From the IMG/VR virus record IMGVR_UViG_3300038466_000014: DNA of 64,000 nt. The stretch is one strand, 5' to 3'. Positions within the stretch are counted from its first letter, which is position 1; the number at the start of each line of letters is the position of its first letter. The position numbers and the translations under genes are program-made. The DNA is from a virus. Positions 28,908 through 37,302 of the stretch are shown here, in pieces. A model generated the notes under the pieces. That model ran no database searches. It saw nothing but the letters and a program-made list of their open reading frames with translations, and was not told the origin of the DNA.

Positions 28908-28976
28908 ATGCGGGGACTAATGTTATGACGTATAGCGTCGTGAAAGGTCGTTGAACGTCACAACGACACCCCGCAT
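28908..28976 (-). ncRNA. Short Y-RNA-like element 2
   Basis: ATGCGGGGTGTCGTTGTGACGTTCAACG...ACGTCATAACATTAGTCCCCGCAT. Confidence 0.65.
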
Positions 28977-29029
28977 TAAACGTAAAAATTGGCGCGCCCG
29001 GCAGGAATCGAACCTGCGGCCTACGGATT

Positions 29030-29890
29030 CAGGTTTGTGTTACTTTCGTAACTTCCTGGACTTTCTCTTCACCGTGCGAAATATATCCTCCGTTTAGGTG
29101 GTGGCCGTCATTCATGTAGAAAGGGTTGAAGAACTATGCGCTTGGGTATTTCGATCTTATACTGCATTGATGGAATTATATATTCACCAAATAGATCTAC
29201 AAAACTTCGGGCTTGTTTGGTGCCACAACGTACACTAAACCTGCCTTTATTTCTTTTTTTGGTGAATGTTATTCCCCAAACTTCCGAAAAATAAGCAATG
29301 ATGATATCTACCTCTATTTCGGAGCAGTAAGTCGAAATAGACAAATCATAGGCATGAATTTGTCCATTACGTTTTTTGGCGCTAAGTCCTCCATCATCCA
29401 TATACCATATAGCAATGGCTTTCGGAGTTAACTTATCCAGAATTTTCCTGGATATAGTTTTTTTACCATCTTTATATAACCATTTATGCACGATTCTGAT
29501 ATAAGGAATACTTTTTTCGAATCCACAAGCTGGTAATAATCCGCTGAAAAATGGGTTCACCTTCGTCAGTTTACCTGTAATTTTCTCAATGAGACTGGCT
29601 TTATACTGTATGTATTCCTTTTGTTTTTCAGAATGTCGAATACACAAATGGGTATTTTTGTTGCGTCTAATGTGCCCATCTCCAATTGCCATTGCCATGA
29701 GTATACTCTTGTCATCCCTTGTCATTTTTCACACTCCTGTGTGATTTTTTGTTTTTCTACACGACAGTCTCTACACCTTCCTTATTTCTAAGGCTTGGCT
29801 CGGGATTACCACCGGCATTACCCGCTGAGGCTTCCCCGAATTTGACCACTTACACTCATAGGATTTCTCCTATGAGGCCCGTTTTTAAAC
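29030..29890 (-). mobile_element. Group I intron (IC3) carrying a LAGLIDADG ORF
   Basis: CAAATTCGGGGAAGCC, GGTAATCCCGAGCC, GTAGAGACT and AAAGTCCAGG...ACACAAACCTG core. Confidence 0.9.
29108..29725 (-). CDS. LAGLIDADG homing endonuclease (two-motif, I-SceI-like)
   Basis: LMAMAIGDGHI and IAIWYMDDGGL motifs; lies inside the intron. Confidence 0.88.
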   Translation of the reverse strand: MTRDDKSILMAMAIGDGHIRRNKNTHLCIRHSEKQKEYIQYKASLIEKITGKLTKVNPFFSGLLPACGFEKSIPYIRIVHKWLYKDGKKTISRKILDKLTPKAIAIWYMDDGGLSAKKRNGQIHAYDLSISTYCSEIEVDIIIAYFSEVWGITFTKKRNKGRFSVRCGTKQARSFVDLFGEYIIPSMQYKIEIPKRIVLQPFLHE

Positions 29891-30017
29891 AGAAGTCCGT
29901 CTCTCTTTCCAACTGAGATACGGGCGCAGTATATTATCTATTCGAACCGAAGACAAATTATAAAACACCTACGTAATCAGTTCGAACAATTCTTTATACA
30001 AATAAAGGAAATACACC

Positions 30018-30509
30018 ATGAACAACTGTAAGAAATGCGGGAAAGAAACCACTAATCCACATTTTTGTAGTAAATCCTGTTCTACGTCATACAATAATAG
30101 CATATGCTACAAAAGAACAAGAATACTTCGTCTATGTAAAAAATGTGGAAAAGATATTACATGTCTACATAAAATAAATGGGCATCCGCGTCGATTATGT
30201 GATGATTGTTTACCAACAATAAATCAAAATGTCACTTTAGGAGAACTTAGAGGTAGAAGGAAATATCAAAAAAGCTCGGTTGTTCGAGATATGGCACGAA
30301 GAGCTTGTTTTTCCCTTCTACAAGAACCTAAATGTGAAAACTGCGGATACAGAAAGCATGTAGAAGTGTGTCATATACGCCCTATTAAATCTTTCGATGA
30401 TTCAACCCCAATCGGAGTAGTTAACGCCAAAGACAATTTAGTTGTGCTATGTCCGAACTGTCATTGGGAATTAGATAATAGTATACTTTGTTTGTCTGAT
30501 TTTCGTTAA
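30018..30509 (+). CDS. Free-standing HNH endonuclease with zinc fingers
   Basis: CENCGY...VCHIRPI...NLVVLCPNCHWELD; AAGGA SD; one of very few plus-strand genes. Confidence 0.85.
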   Translation: MNNCKKCGKETTNPHFCSKSCSTSYNNSICYKRTRILRLCKKCGKDITCLHKINGHPRRLCDDCLPTINQNVTLGELRGRRKYQKSSVVRDMARRACFSLLQEPKCENCGYRKHVEVCHIRPIKSFDDSTPIGVVNAKDNLVVLCPNCHWELDNSILCLSDFR

Positions 30510-30521
30510 CAGTCAGAATAT

Positions 30522-30656
30522 ATTGTCAAGGACTTATTCCGGAACATTTTTTTACCGCTTTGCCGATTAAGCTACACCTCCATACGGAAGTGACGGGCCT
30601 CGAACCCGCAACAGTCGATTAAATGTCGTTGAATGTTCCAGGTTTACCTCGACAAT
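30522..30656 (-). ncRNA. YrlA-like Y RNA 3 (permuted tRNA-like domain)
   Basis: Terminal stem ATTGTCGAGGT...AGTCCTTGACAAT; GCGGGTTCGAGGCCCGT T-arm before the TAGCTTAATCGGCAAAGC D-arm. Confidence 0.78.
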
Positions 30657-30671
30657 TTTAAACCTAATTAA

Positions 30672-30748
30672 TGGTCTGGGTAAGTGGATTCGAACCACCG
30701 ACCCCCGGCTCCCAAAGCCGGTGCTCTACCAGACTGAGCCATACCCAG
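30672..30748 (-). tRNA. tRNA-Pro(UGG)
   Basis: CCGGC-TT-TGG-GA-GCCGG; CCA. Confidence 0.94.
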
Positions 30749-30760
30749 ACAAAAGAAGAA

Positions 30761-30830
30761 ATGCAGGGACTAATGCTATGACGTATTTTAGTTACCAATT
30801 AACGTTGAACGTCACAACGACACCCCGCAT
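30761..30830 (-). ncRNA. Short Y-RNA-like element 4
   Basis: Both stem arms nearly identical to element 2. Confidence 0.65.
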
Positions 30831-30929
30831 TATTTTAACAACGAAAAAATCAATCTTTGACCATTTGAGAAATATGTCATAAAATTCTTATAACATATTC
30901 CTCTTAATATTCAATATATACAATAAATC

Positions 30930-32453
30930 TTAATTTCTGTTTTGACGAATGGTTTCCATACATCTGATAACATCTATCACACTGTCATTCCATCCAAAAA
31001 TTTGAGTTACATTATATCTTTTAGCATCCTCATTGGAAATGGGACGGTGCGGATATGGATCAACTCGAATCATGTAAGCTCGGGCATTTGGATAAGCGGA
31101 ATGATATCGTTTCCACTCATTAGTAAATCCTTCGCCGAATTCCTCATTGTCTGTTATCAAAATAAATATATCTGTTTCGATTTTATTCTGGAGAAGGTAT
31201 CTTACAGGAAGCTCCATATAGGTTCCACCGCCGTTTGACGCTCTAATCTTTTCGATGTGTGTAAACACGGAATCTGTTTTTGGTACTGTGTATTTATGTA
31301 CCTCGGTATCCCATGGAACAACCATCGAATTCTGTAATCCTTTATATAGAAATCCTGTAAACATTCCGGCAATAAGAGATGGATATATTAAAGATTTTCC
31401 GTTCTTAATACCAGTAGTCATAGATCCAGAAACATCCGGAGCAATAACCACTTTTTTATCTTTGAACACTTCCCAATCAGCAATAGTTACATATTGGTCT
31501 AACACTTCGCGAATATGACCGGAAACATCTTTATCAAAACTTTTCTCGTTTAAATTTTCAAGCAGTGTAAACAACCGGAACGGGAGAACTTTTGCCCGTT
31601 TAAGATTTTCAGCGGTAATTTTCTTCCTCATAGTGTCTTTATCCAGCGCGTCCTCTCTGATCAATTTATTCATATATTTGATGTATGCCATTACGCCCAT
31701 CTGATTACCCAACTCTTTCCAAATCGCCGAATTGAGGTCGGGCATACCTGTAAATGAAATTGGATCAAGTCTATGTTCTTTAATCAGGTTAACAGCGTTT
31801 TTCGTTTTCTTATTTTGAATCTCAATTTTAGCTTGTTCAAAAGCATTTAACATCGGATATTTTTCAAGGGATTCTCCGAACTTCGGAGATGTACGTCCAT
31901 GATATTTCAAAATATAATCATAAATACAGTCTTCCGTTTTAAATCTTGCAAGTCTTACCATATTCCCAATCTGTTTTGTATATTTTAAAGCATAGAACGG
32001 AGTAACCCGTTCTTTTGCCCATCGTTCCATTGCTGATTTTATACCTCTTCCAAATCCACGATTATTCGCTCTGACAAGCGAAATAAAATCTTCCATATCG
32101 TTTCCGGTAATAATAACGGAATTGAAAATCCTTTGAAATTCTCTGATATTATATTTAGAAAGAATAACCAGCCCAAGGATAGGGGCTGTGCGGATGAATC
32201 CTTCAGTCCTTCCTTTTACAATCGCATTCGCCAGTGTATATGGTTCTCTTTGAGCAACCTCATTTATAAATCCGACAAATTCATTAATCTGATCTTTTCT
32301 TGACATATAAAATGTTGGATTCATTGTTCCGGTCATCATCAATTGTTCGAGTCTGTTAACATCATTGGGGATGTATGATTTACCCCCTTCGAAATTAACT
32401 GTTTCGGTTTTCTCTGTGGTCACTCGTTTTACAGTAGCCGCGATTTTTCTCAT
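30930..32453 (-). CDS. TROVE-domain Ro60/Rsr RNA-binding protein
   Basis: NFEGGKSY, RGFGRG, VLPFRLF and vWA MIDAS APDVSGSM...LITDNE. Confidence 0.92.
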   Translation of the reverse strand: MRKIAATVKRVTTEKTETVNFEGGKSYIPNDVNRLEQLMMTGTMNPTFYMSRKDQINEFVGFINEVAQREPYTLANAIVKGRTEGFIRTAPILGLVILSKYNIREFQRIFNSVIITGNDMEDFISLVRANNRGFGRGIKSAMERWAKERVTPFYALKYTKQIGNMVRLARFKTEDCIYDYILKYHGRTSPKFGESLEKYPMLNAFEQAKIEIQNKKTKNAVNLIKEHRLDPISFTGMPDLNSAIWKELGNQMGVMAYIKYMNKLIREDALDKDTMRKKITAENLKRAKVLPFRLFTLLENLNEKSFDKDVSGHIREVLDQYVTIADWEVFKDKKVVIAPDVSGSMTTGIKNGKSLIYPSLIAGMFTGFLYKGLQNSMVVPWDTEVHKYTVPKTDSVFTHIEKIRASNGGGTYMELPVRYLLQNKIETDIFILITDNEEFGEGFTNEWKRYHSAYPNARAYMIRVDPYPHRPISNEDAKRYNVTQIFGWNDSVIDVIRCMETIRQNRN

Positions 32454-32472
32454 TGTCTCTCCATTTTCGTAC

Positions 32473-32496
32473 TAAGGGACTTTTTAACAACCCCTA
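32473..32496 (-). promoter_or_regulatory. Mini Y-stem hairpin in the Ro60 leader
   Basis: TAGGGGTTGTTAAAAAGTCCCTTA reproduces the GGT.../...AGTCC terminal motif of the Y-like RNAs, about 20 nt before the start. Confidence 0.45.
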
Positions 32497-32512
32497 CAGG
32501 CTGAGACTAAAA

Positions 32513-32581
32513 TTCAGGAACTAATGTCGTAACGTATGTTTCGTTTCCAATTAACGTTGAACGTCACGACGACACCCCGAA
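32513..32581 (-). ncRNA. Short Y-RNA-like element 5
   Basis: TTCGGGGTGTCGTCGTGACGTTCAACG...ACGTTACGACATTAGTTCCTGAA. Confidence 0.65.
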
Positions 32582-32586
32582 AAAAG

Positions 32587-32664
32587 TTAGAGGACTATAT
32601 CAAAGGCATCAAGACCGATTATTTTTGAAATTAATTGTTGTTGAATGCCTTTGGCCACCTCTAA
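32587..32664 (-). ncRNA. Short Y-RNA-like element 6
   Basis: TTAGAGGTGGCCAAAGGCATTCAAC...ATGCCTTTGATATAGTCCTCTAA. Confidence 0.6.
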
Positions 32665-32674
32665 TTCAAAAATA

Positions 32675-32757
32675 TTTACGAGGACTACAATGAAGCATTT
32701 TGTTCACGTAGGACATTTTTGGGATGTTTCGTTGAATGCCTCAAAACACCTCGTAAA
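32675..32757 (-). ncRNA. Short Y-RNA-like element 7
   Basis: TTTACGAGGTGTTTTGAGGCATTCAACG...ATGCTTCATTGTAGTCCTCGTAAA. Confidence 0.6.
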
Positions 32758-32771
32758 GTCATAAGTCTATA

Positions 32772-32844
32772 TACTCCTGACGTGGTTCGAACCCGTAATT
32801 CCGGCTTGAAGGGCCAGGATCTTAGCCGATTAGACGACAGGAGC
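32772..32844 (-). tRNA. tRNA-Glu(UUC)
   Basis: CTGGC-CC-TTC-AA-GCCGG; one T-stem mismatch; no CCA. Confidence 0.82.
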
Positions 32845-32847
32845 TTT

Positions 32848-32922
32848 TGGAGCTGGTAACGGGAATTGAACCCGTACATCCAGATTGGAAGTCTGGAACT
32901 CTGCCAGTTGAGTTATACCCGC
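32848..32922 (-). tRNA. tRNA-Gly(UCC)
   Basis: CCAGA-CT-TCC-AA-TCTGG; one acceptor mismatch; CCA. Confidence 0.88.
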
Positions 32923-32930
32923 CATTGTAT

Positions 32931-33125
32931 TCATTTAAAATGCTTTATCACATCAGACATGACTTCGAGCCGAACTTCATTACATAGATCGTTAATCATA
33001 TCGCGTAATTTATCCTCTGGATGTATTTGATCTTCGGGGTGCTCAGTCCATCCTATTTTTTCCAGATATATAAATCCCATTACATATTCTATAAGTGTTT
33101 CTTTAGCCTTATCGGTTTTTCCCAT
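32931..33125 (-). CDS. hypothetical protein
   Basis: GAGG SD; lies between tRNAs. Confidence 0.6.
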   Translation of the reverse strand: MGKTDKAKETLIEYVMGFIYLEKIGWTEHPEDQIHPEDKLRDMINDLCNEVRLEVMSDVIKHFK

Positions 33126-33152
33126 AATGAACCTCTAAAGTTAAATTAAAAG

Positions 33153-33227
33153 GGTGAATGGTGGGATTTGAACCCACAACCTCCGAGGCCACAACCCGGC
33201 GCTCTAACCAATTGAGCTACATCCACC
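33153..33227 (-). tRNA. tRNA-His(GUG)
   Basis: G-1:C73; CCGGG-TT-GTG-GC-CTCGG. Confidence 0.9.
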
Positions 33228-33240
33228 AAAACAGAATAAC

Positions 33241-33510
33241 GGAACCAAACAACAGCCGGAAGTGCGGTTGAGGTAAAAGGATCCTCAGCACTTAAGTCCG
33301 GATTTAATGAGACTTGAATCATAAATTCTTAATCTTAAAATTCTGAGGCTTGATTTCTGAACCTTGAATCTTTAAGTTTATAATTAGGTTCCGATTGTAA
33401 GTCGGAGTCGTCCCATTTATTTGTCGTGCCTAACGGGGTCACGCCGCCTTTTATTTCTACCTGTTTACGCTGCCGATTCCGTTTTGTAATCCGTTTATCC
33501 GTAGACCCGT
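33241..33510 (-). ncRNA. Candidate structured RNA with imperfect heptamer repeats
   Basis: Non-coding. CGGAACC...GGTTCCG closing helix, about 9 (A/C)TT(C/T)AAG-like units, nested CCGG/AAGTGC/TGAGG hairpin. Confidence 0.4.
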
Positions 33511-33514
33511 GTTT

Positions 33515-34051
33515 CTAAACCACGGGCGGGATTTTCAGTGTTGTTGTCGCGTTGACGGTTTCCAATACTATATCAATCTCATTGTAGAAATCCTGCGACT
33601 CTCGCAGTTTTTCCTGCTTCCATCCCTCATCATAATATCTTTCTATTTTTTCTCCTGCTCCCGTTCCCCGACCAGATTTACTTGAAAAGTTCATATCGTT
33701 CATTGCCGTAAGCGTACCATGTTTAAGCGGATGAAGCATCCTTTTATATTGGATCAGTTGGGCGATGGTATACTCCCGTTTTCCGATCGTGACCGGAGTG
33801 ATAATATTCGTATATTCAAGACACGCCTTAATATCCATGAATCTTTGGACCAGATCGTCGTTGGCTTGTACAAGCTCTCTAATCTTATTTTTCTGTGTCT
33901 CCGCATCTCCAAGAAGAGGTTTCTCATTATCTCCTTGCGATGCGTATGTCTGAATCAGCCTAATGTTTTCCCGGATTCTCTCGGGAATAATCTTCCTCTG
34001 CTTAAGTGCCGCAGAGAGCGTCACGTTTTCCAGTGTTTGGTCGTAATGCAT
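33515..34051 (-). CDS. Coiled-coil protein, DIP1984-like
   Basis: TLSAALKQRK...LEYTN...YTIAQLI...YD...IDIVLETVNATT pattern. Confidence 0.55.
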   Translation of the reverse strand: MHYDQTLENVTLSAALKQRKIIPERIRENIRLIQTYASQGDNEKPLLGDAETQKNKIRELVQANDDLVQRFMDIKACLEYTNIITPVTIGKREYTIAQLIQYKRMLHPLKHGTLTAMNDMNFSSKSGRGTGAGEKIERYYDEGWKQEKLRESQDFYNEIDIVLETVNATTTLKIPPVV

Positions 34052-34156
34052 TTTCCCCTCTATACTTTAACCTTAAAGTTTAAAGAAAAACGACAGTGTT
34101 CCAAGTTAAACCTAACCATTCGGACATAAAACTGTCCAAATGGTTTCTTATTCTAA

Positions 34157-34176
34157 TATTTAATATATATAATAAA
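34157..34176 (-). promoter_or_regulatory. Conserved 20-bp motif, copy 4
   Basis: Exact copy, heading the DIP1984-like/tRNA/Y-RNA unit. Confidence 0.6.
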
Positions 34177-34185
34177 ATCAGATTT

Positions 34186-35193
34186 TTACAGATTATACAT
34201 ACTTGATAGTATTGATGCTGCATATCTGCCTTGTTTGAATATCATTCGATTTTGATGTTGTTCGGTAATCCTCTCCAACTCATCCGCATAATCACTTCTA
34301 AAATCTTTTTCCGCATCCTCTACAATCAACGGAATAAAATATTCAAAATCTTTTTTTGATTTTAATTGTCTTATTTCTTTAGATAGAACATTCTTAATTC
34401 TGTTTTCGTTTATATATCCTGAAAATATATTATAGAGACGGACAGCCCCCTCTCCAACTTCTTTTTTCTCTGACGGAGTGCTTCCTTCGGAGAACTCTAC
34501 GTTTTTAATCTTAAACTTAAATTCGTGAGTACGGTCATTCATCATTCTAATGACACATCCTTCTATCGGTAAATTTTTCTTTGGATTGAGTGGAGAAAGT
34601 TTCGACGGGATTCTAATATCTGTTTTAACAATATTATCAAGACCTTTTTCTATATTTATAACTGGAACATATACAGACATCAAACCTAATTCAATTAGCA
34701 AATCTATTTCCTGATTAACAGACATTCTTTGATCATCCTGAATTATATAAAACAATCTAAAATTCTTTTTGAATTTATTATCTTCTATATATGAAATTTC
34801 GTTCATTACCCCAGATCCAAAATATTCACCATACCAAATCATATTTTTGTTTGTAATTTTTGAATATTCGTCCATTGTTTTCAACATATCAGAACATAGG
34901 ATATAATCACCTTTGACATCAAATATAATTTTCCCTTTTGTGAAATATGACTGATAATCATAGAATTTTTCACTCTGTGCCGAATCAATATATCCAAGAA
35001 ATGCGTTTCTTCTTGCAAACACGGGTTTATCGGAATTAGAGGTATAAATAGAAAAATTGGTTCCGTGAATCTTTTCTGTAGCAACAAATTCTGTTTCTGA
35101 ATCGTATACTTCAGAATTTATATAATTATCAAAAAATCGTTTATTGTGATATCCTTCTATGATACTAAACTTTCGATGGATACGTTTTTCCAT
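34186..35193 (-). CDS. RNA ligase, T4 Rnl2-like
   Basis: ATEKIHGTNFS, YGEYFG, EGCVIR, FKIKNVEFSE and YINENRIKNVLSK motifs. Confidence 0.92.
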   Translation of the reverse strand: MEKRIHRKFSIIEGYHNKRFFDNYINSEVYDSETEFVATEKIHGTNFSIYTSNSDKPVFARRNAFLGYIDSAQSEKFYDYQSYFTKGKIIFDVKGDYILCSDMLKTMDEYSKITNKNMIWYGEYFGSGVMNEISYIEDNKFKKNFRLFYIIQDDQRMSVNQEIDLLIELGLMSVYVPVINIEKGLDNIVKTDIRIPSKLSPLNPKKNLPIEGCVIRMMNDRTHEFKFKIKNVEFSEGSTPSEKKEVGEGAVRLYNIFSGYINENRIKNVLSKEIRQLKSKKDFEYFIPLIVEDAEKDFRSDYADELERITEQHQNRMIFKQGRYAASILSSMYNL

Positions 35194-35274
35194 TTTTTAT
35201 TTCTTGTATTATTCTTCTTTTATTAACATGTTATACATTTTATCCCCGGCCTCTATACCCGCATCTATCATTTC

Positions 35275-35520
35275 CTATGTGTATTTTGGTGTATCGTAGA
35301 AAAATATTTTAGATTTTTCCGACTCATCTTTAGACACCATTATTTCACACCAAAAAGGTTGACCGACCTCTATATCTTTGAATACCTCCGGATCGTTACT
35401 AAACTTTTCAAAAAGAAAGCCTACATATTCGTCGTCGGCGTTGATATCCGGATAAGATATAATCGCATCGAATCCGTCCATATAAACTCTGTCGATTACA
35501 CCTACTATTTTATATTTCAT
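35275..35520 (-). CDS. hypothetical protein
   Basis: GAGG SD. Confidence 0.6.
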   Translation of the reverse strand: MKYKIVGVIDRVYMDGFDAIISYPDINADDEYVGFLFEKFSNDPEVFKDIEVGQPFWCEIMVSKDESEKSKIFFYDTPKYT

Positions 35521-35548
35521 AAACCCTCAGTTACATTGATTTTTATGG

Positions 35549-35633
35549 TGGTGGGAAGGGAAGGACTCGAACCTTCGAAGGCCGAAACCAGCAGATTTAC
35601 AGTCTGCGCCTTTTGCCGCTAAGGAACCCTCCC
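35549..35633 (-). tRNA. tRNA-Tyr(GUA)
   Basis: GCAGA-CT-GTA-AA-TCTGC; variable arm; CCA. Confidence 0.94.
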
Positions 35634-35647
35634 ACGTCCATTATTAT

Positions 35648-35884
35648 TTATGCCGGAACAAAGATCCATGTATTAGGCTGTTGCGGTTCTGGTATTTTAC
35701 CGTCTTTTCGAGAACAGCAAAACCACGGTAAATCTTCGACCTTTCTTCCAGATTCCGCATATTCCGAGAAGGCGTAGAGAAATGCCATATGGAAGGGTTT
35801 ATCCTTCCACTTTTCGATAATCTCAGGATCGTGCAGCATTGTTTTAAAATGATTATTTTCCATGAGTTCTAACTCCTCCACCAC
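35648..35884 (-). CDS. hypothetical protein
   Basis: Overlaps the end of the PurA-like gene. Confidence 0.6.
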   Translation of the reverse strand: MVEELELMENNHFKTMLHDPEIIEKWKDKPFHMAFLYAFSEYAESGRKVEDLPWFCCSRKDGKIPEPQQPNTWIFVPA

Positions 35885-37302
35885 GAATTATTTGTTATAT
35901 TTTTGTCTTTATATGTCGACCCATTTGAAATCAAAACAACCGGAAGCTCTAAATATTTTTCAACGAAACTTACAAATTTGGTTCTCCAATCCTTGCCTGT
36001 AAATTCTTTATATATGGGCTTCGCGTATTGTAAAATAGCCGTTCTGTTTGGGATATGCTCGGAAAAACATTCTATCTTATCGTTATCTGGTTGATAACTA
36101 TCTGGATATATCTCTGTCTTATTGGTTGTTTCATTAAAATGTTCGGAAACAGCATCCCGTCCTACGCGATAAACAACATCATTCAAATTATATTTAACAC
36201 ATACCTTAATACCATCGAGTTTTTGAAGGGTATCATAATGAGTCATAACAATACCTCTTATACCTCCCATATGGGCCGCATAAGAGGTAGCCACTAAATC
36301 CGGCCATCCAGTCCGAAAATCTCCCTGCCATTCGTTCATTATATTGTGTTTTTCATCCATTACTGATTTTAAATCCGGATCTTCTGTTACAAACGGACCA
36401 TTTCCGTGTCTTGTCATCAAAGTGCGCATAACACCCAATACTTTTATATCATCCCAATCGCAATTACCACACGAAGGATACTGATACTCCAAATTATCTG
36501 TTTTTGTAATATACGGAGCAAATCCATAAGACGGATTTAACAATATACCCTGTCCGCTTTCATAAATGGTAATATTGTTATTGTCGATTAAATCAGATAC
36601 ATGAACTTCATTATGAGTATCTATGTTATGTTTTTCTATTATGGTATAGTACGAATCCAAAAGATTCTCAATATATTGTTTCGTACTCATTGAACTCAGC
36701 TTTTGAAAAAATCCATATTGGTGAAGCACTTCTCTGTTCTTATCAGTCACTAATTTTTTAAATTCATCGTTTGTATATTCCATAAGGTCTGCTATAAAAT
36801 CGTGAATTTTAGGTAAATTCAGACTACTTAACCTAATTGAGAGATCATCCTTCACAACGGATTGTCTGTGCGTTTCTCCAACACCGCAACCGACTGTTCC
36901 CAATCTATTATCCAATCTTGCGGTTTCTCTTGCCATGCCGAGAATTACATGATATGGAGTAATAAGTCTGGTTTTATGATCTACGAACAATCTATTATCA
37001 ATGGTGTGTATTTTTTCTTTGATGATGTCTATCTCCCGATCCAGGGTTAAAAGATCCAGATAAGTCTGACACATAACATATCCGGTAGCTTCATCATGAG
37101 ACAGTAAATTGGATGTTAACTGACTAAAACAATGATGTCTTCCATCCGGTCTAACTACGTTGTGGGCACATTGGGATCCGCCATGATATCGGATAACCGC
37201 GCTTTTTCCATATACGCTACCCAAATAGTCAATCGTCGTTCCTTTTCCTTCATCTCCATATCCAAGACCCAGGACTACAATTATATTATTTTGTCCCGCC
37301 AT
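35869..37302 (-). CDS. Divergent adenylosuccinate synthetase (PurA)-like protein
   Basis: GLGYGDEGKG, RYHGGSQCAHNV, GTVGCGVGET, YESGQGILL and TRHGNGPFVTE motifs. Confidence 0.88.
   Translation of the reverse strand: MAGQNNIIVVLGLGYGDEGKGTTIDYLGSVYGKSAVIRYHGGSQCAHNVVRPDGRHHCFSQLTSNLLSHDEATGYVMCQTYLDLLTLDREIDIIKEKIHTIDNRLFVDHKTRLITPYHVILGMARETARLDNRLGTVGCGVGETHRQSVVKDDLSIRLSSLNLPKIHDFIADLMEYTNDEFKKLVTDKNREVLHQYGFFQKLSSMSTKQYIENLLDSYYTIIEKHNIDTHNEVHVSDLIDNNNITIYESGQGILLNPSYGFAPYITKTDNLEYQYPSCGNCDWDDIKVLGVMRTLMTRHGNGPFVTEDPDLKSVMDEKHNIMNEWQGDFRTGWPDLVATSYAAHMGGIRGIVMTHYDTLQKLDGIKVCVKYNLNDVVYRVGRDAVSEHFNETTNKTEIYPDSYQPDNDKIECFSEHIPNRTAILQYAKPIYKEFTGKDWRTKFVSFVEKYLELPVVLISNGSTYKDKNITNNSWWRS

Larger units (their letters stand above)
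28990..29927 (-). tRNA. tRNA-Arg(UCU) split by a group I intron (exons 29891-29927 and 28990-29029)
   Basis: Spliced arm ACGGA-CT-TCT/AA-TCCGT; CCA. Confidence 0.9.

Noticed and set aside
28908-32581. CRISPR array (repeated GTTGAACGTCAC(A/G)ACGACACCCC)
   Set aside because: Only three dispersed copies, kb apart, each one arm of a stem-loop. There is no repeat-spacer periodicity and no cas genes; Y-like RNAs explain them better.
35869-37302. PurZ / 2-aminoadenine (Z-genome) pathway
   Set aside because: The P-loop has the PurA-type Asp (GDEGKG), not the PurZ Ser, and no dATPase or MazZ gene is evident in the window.
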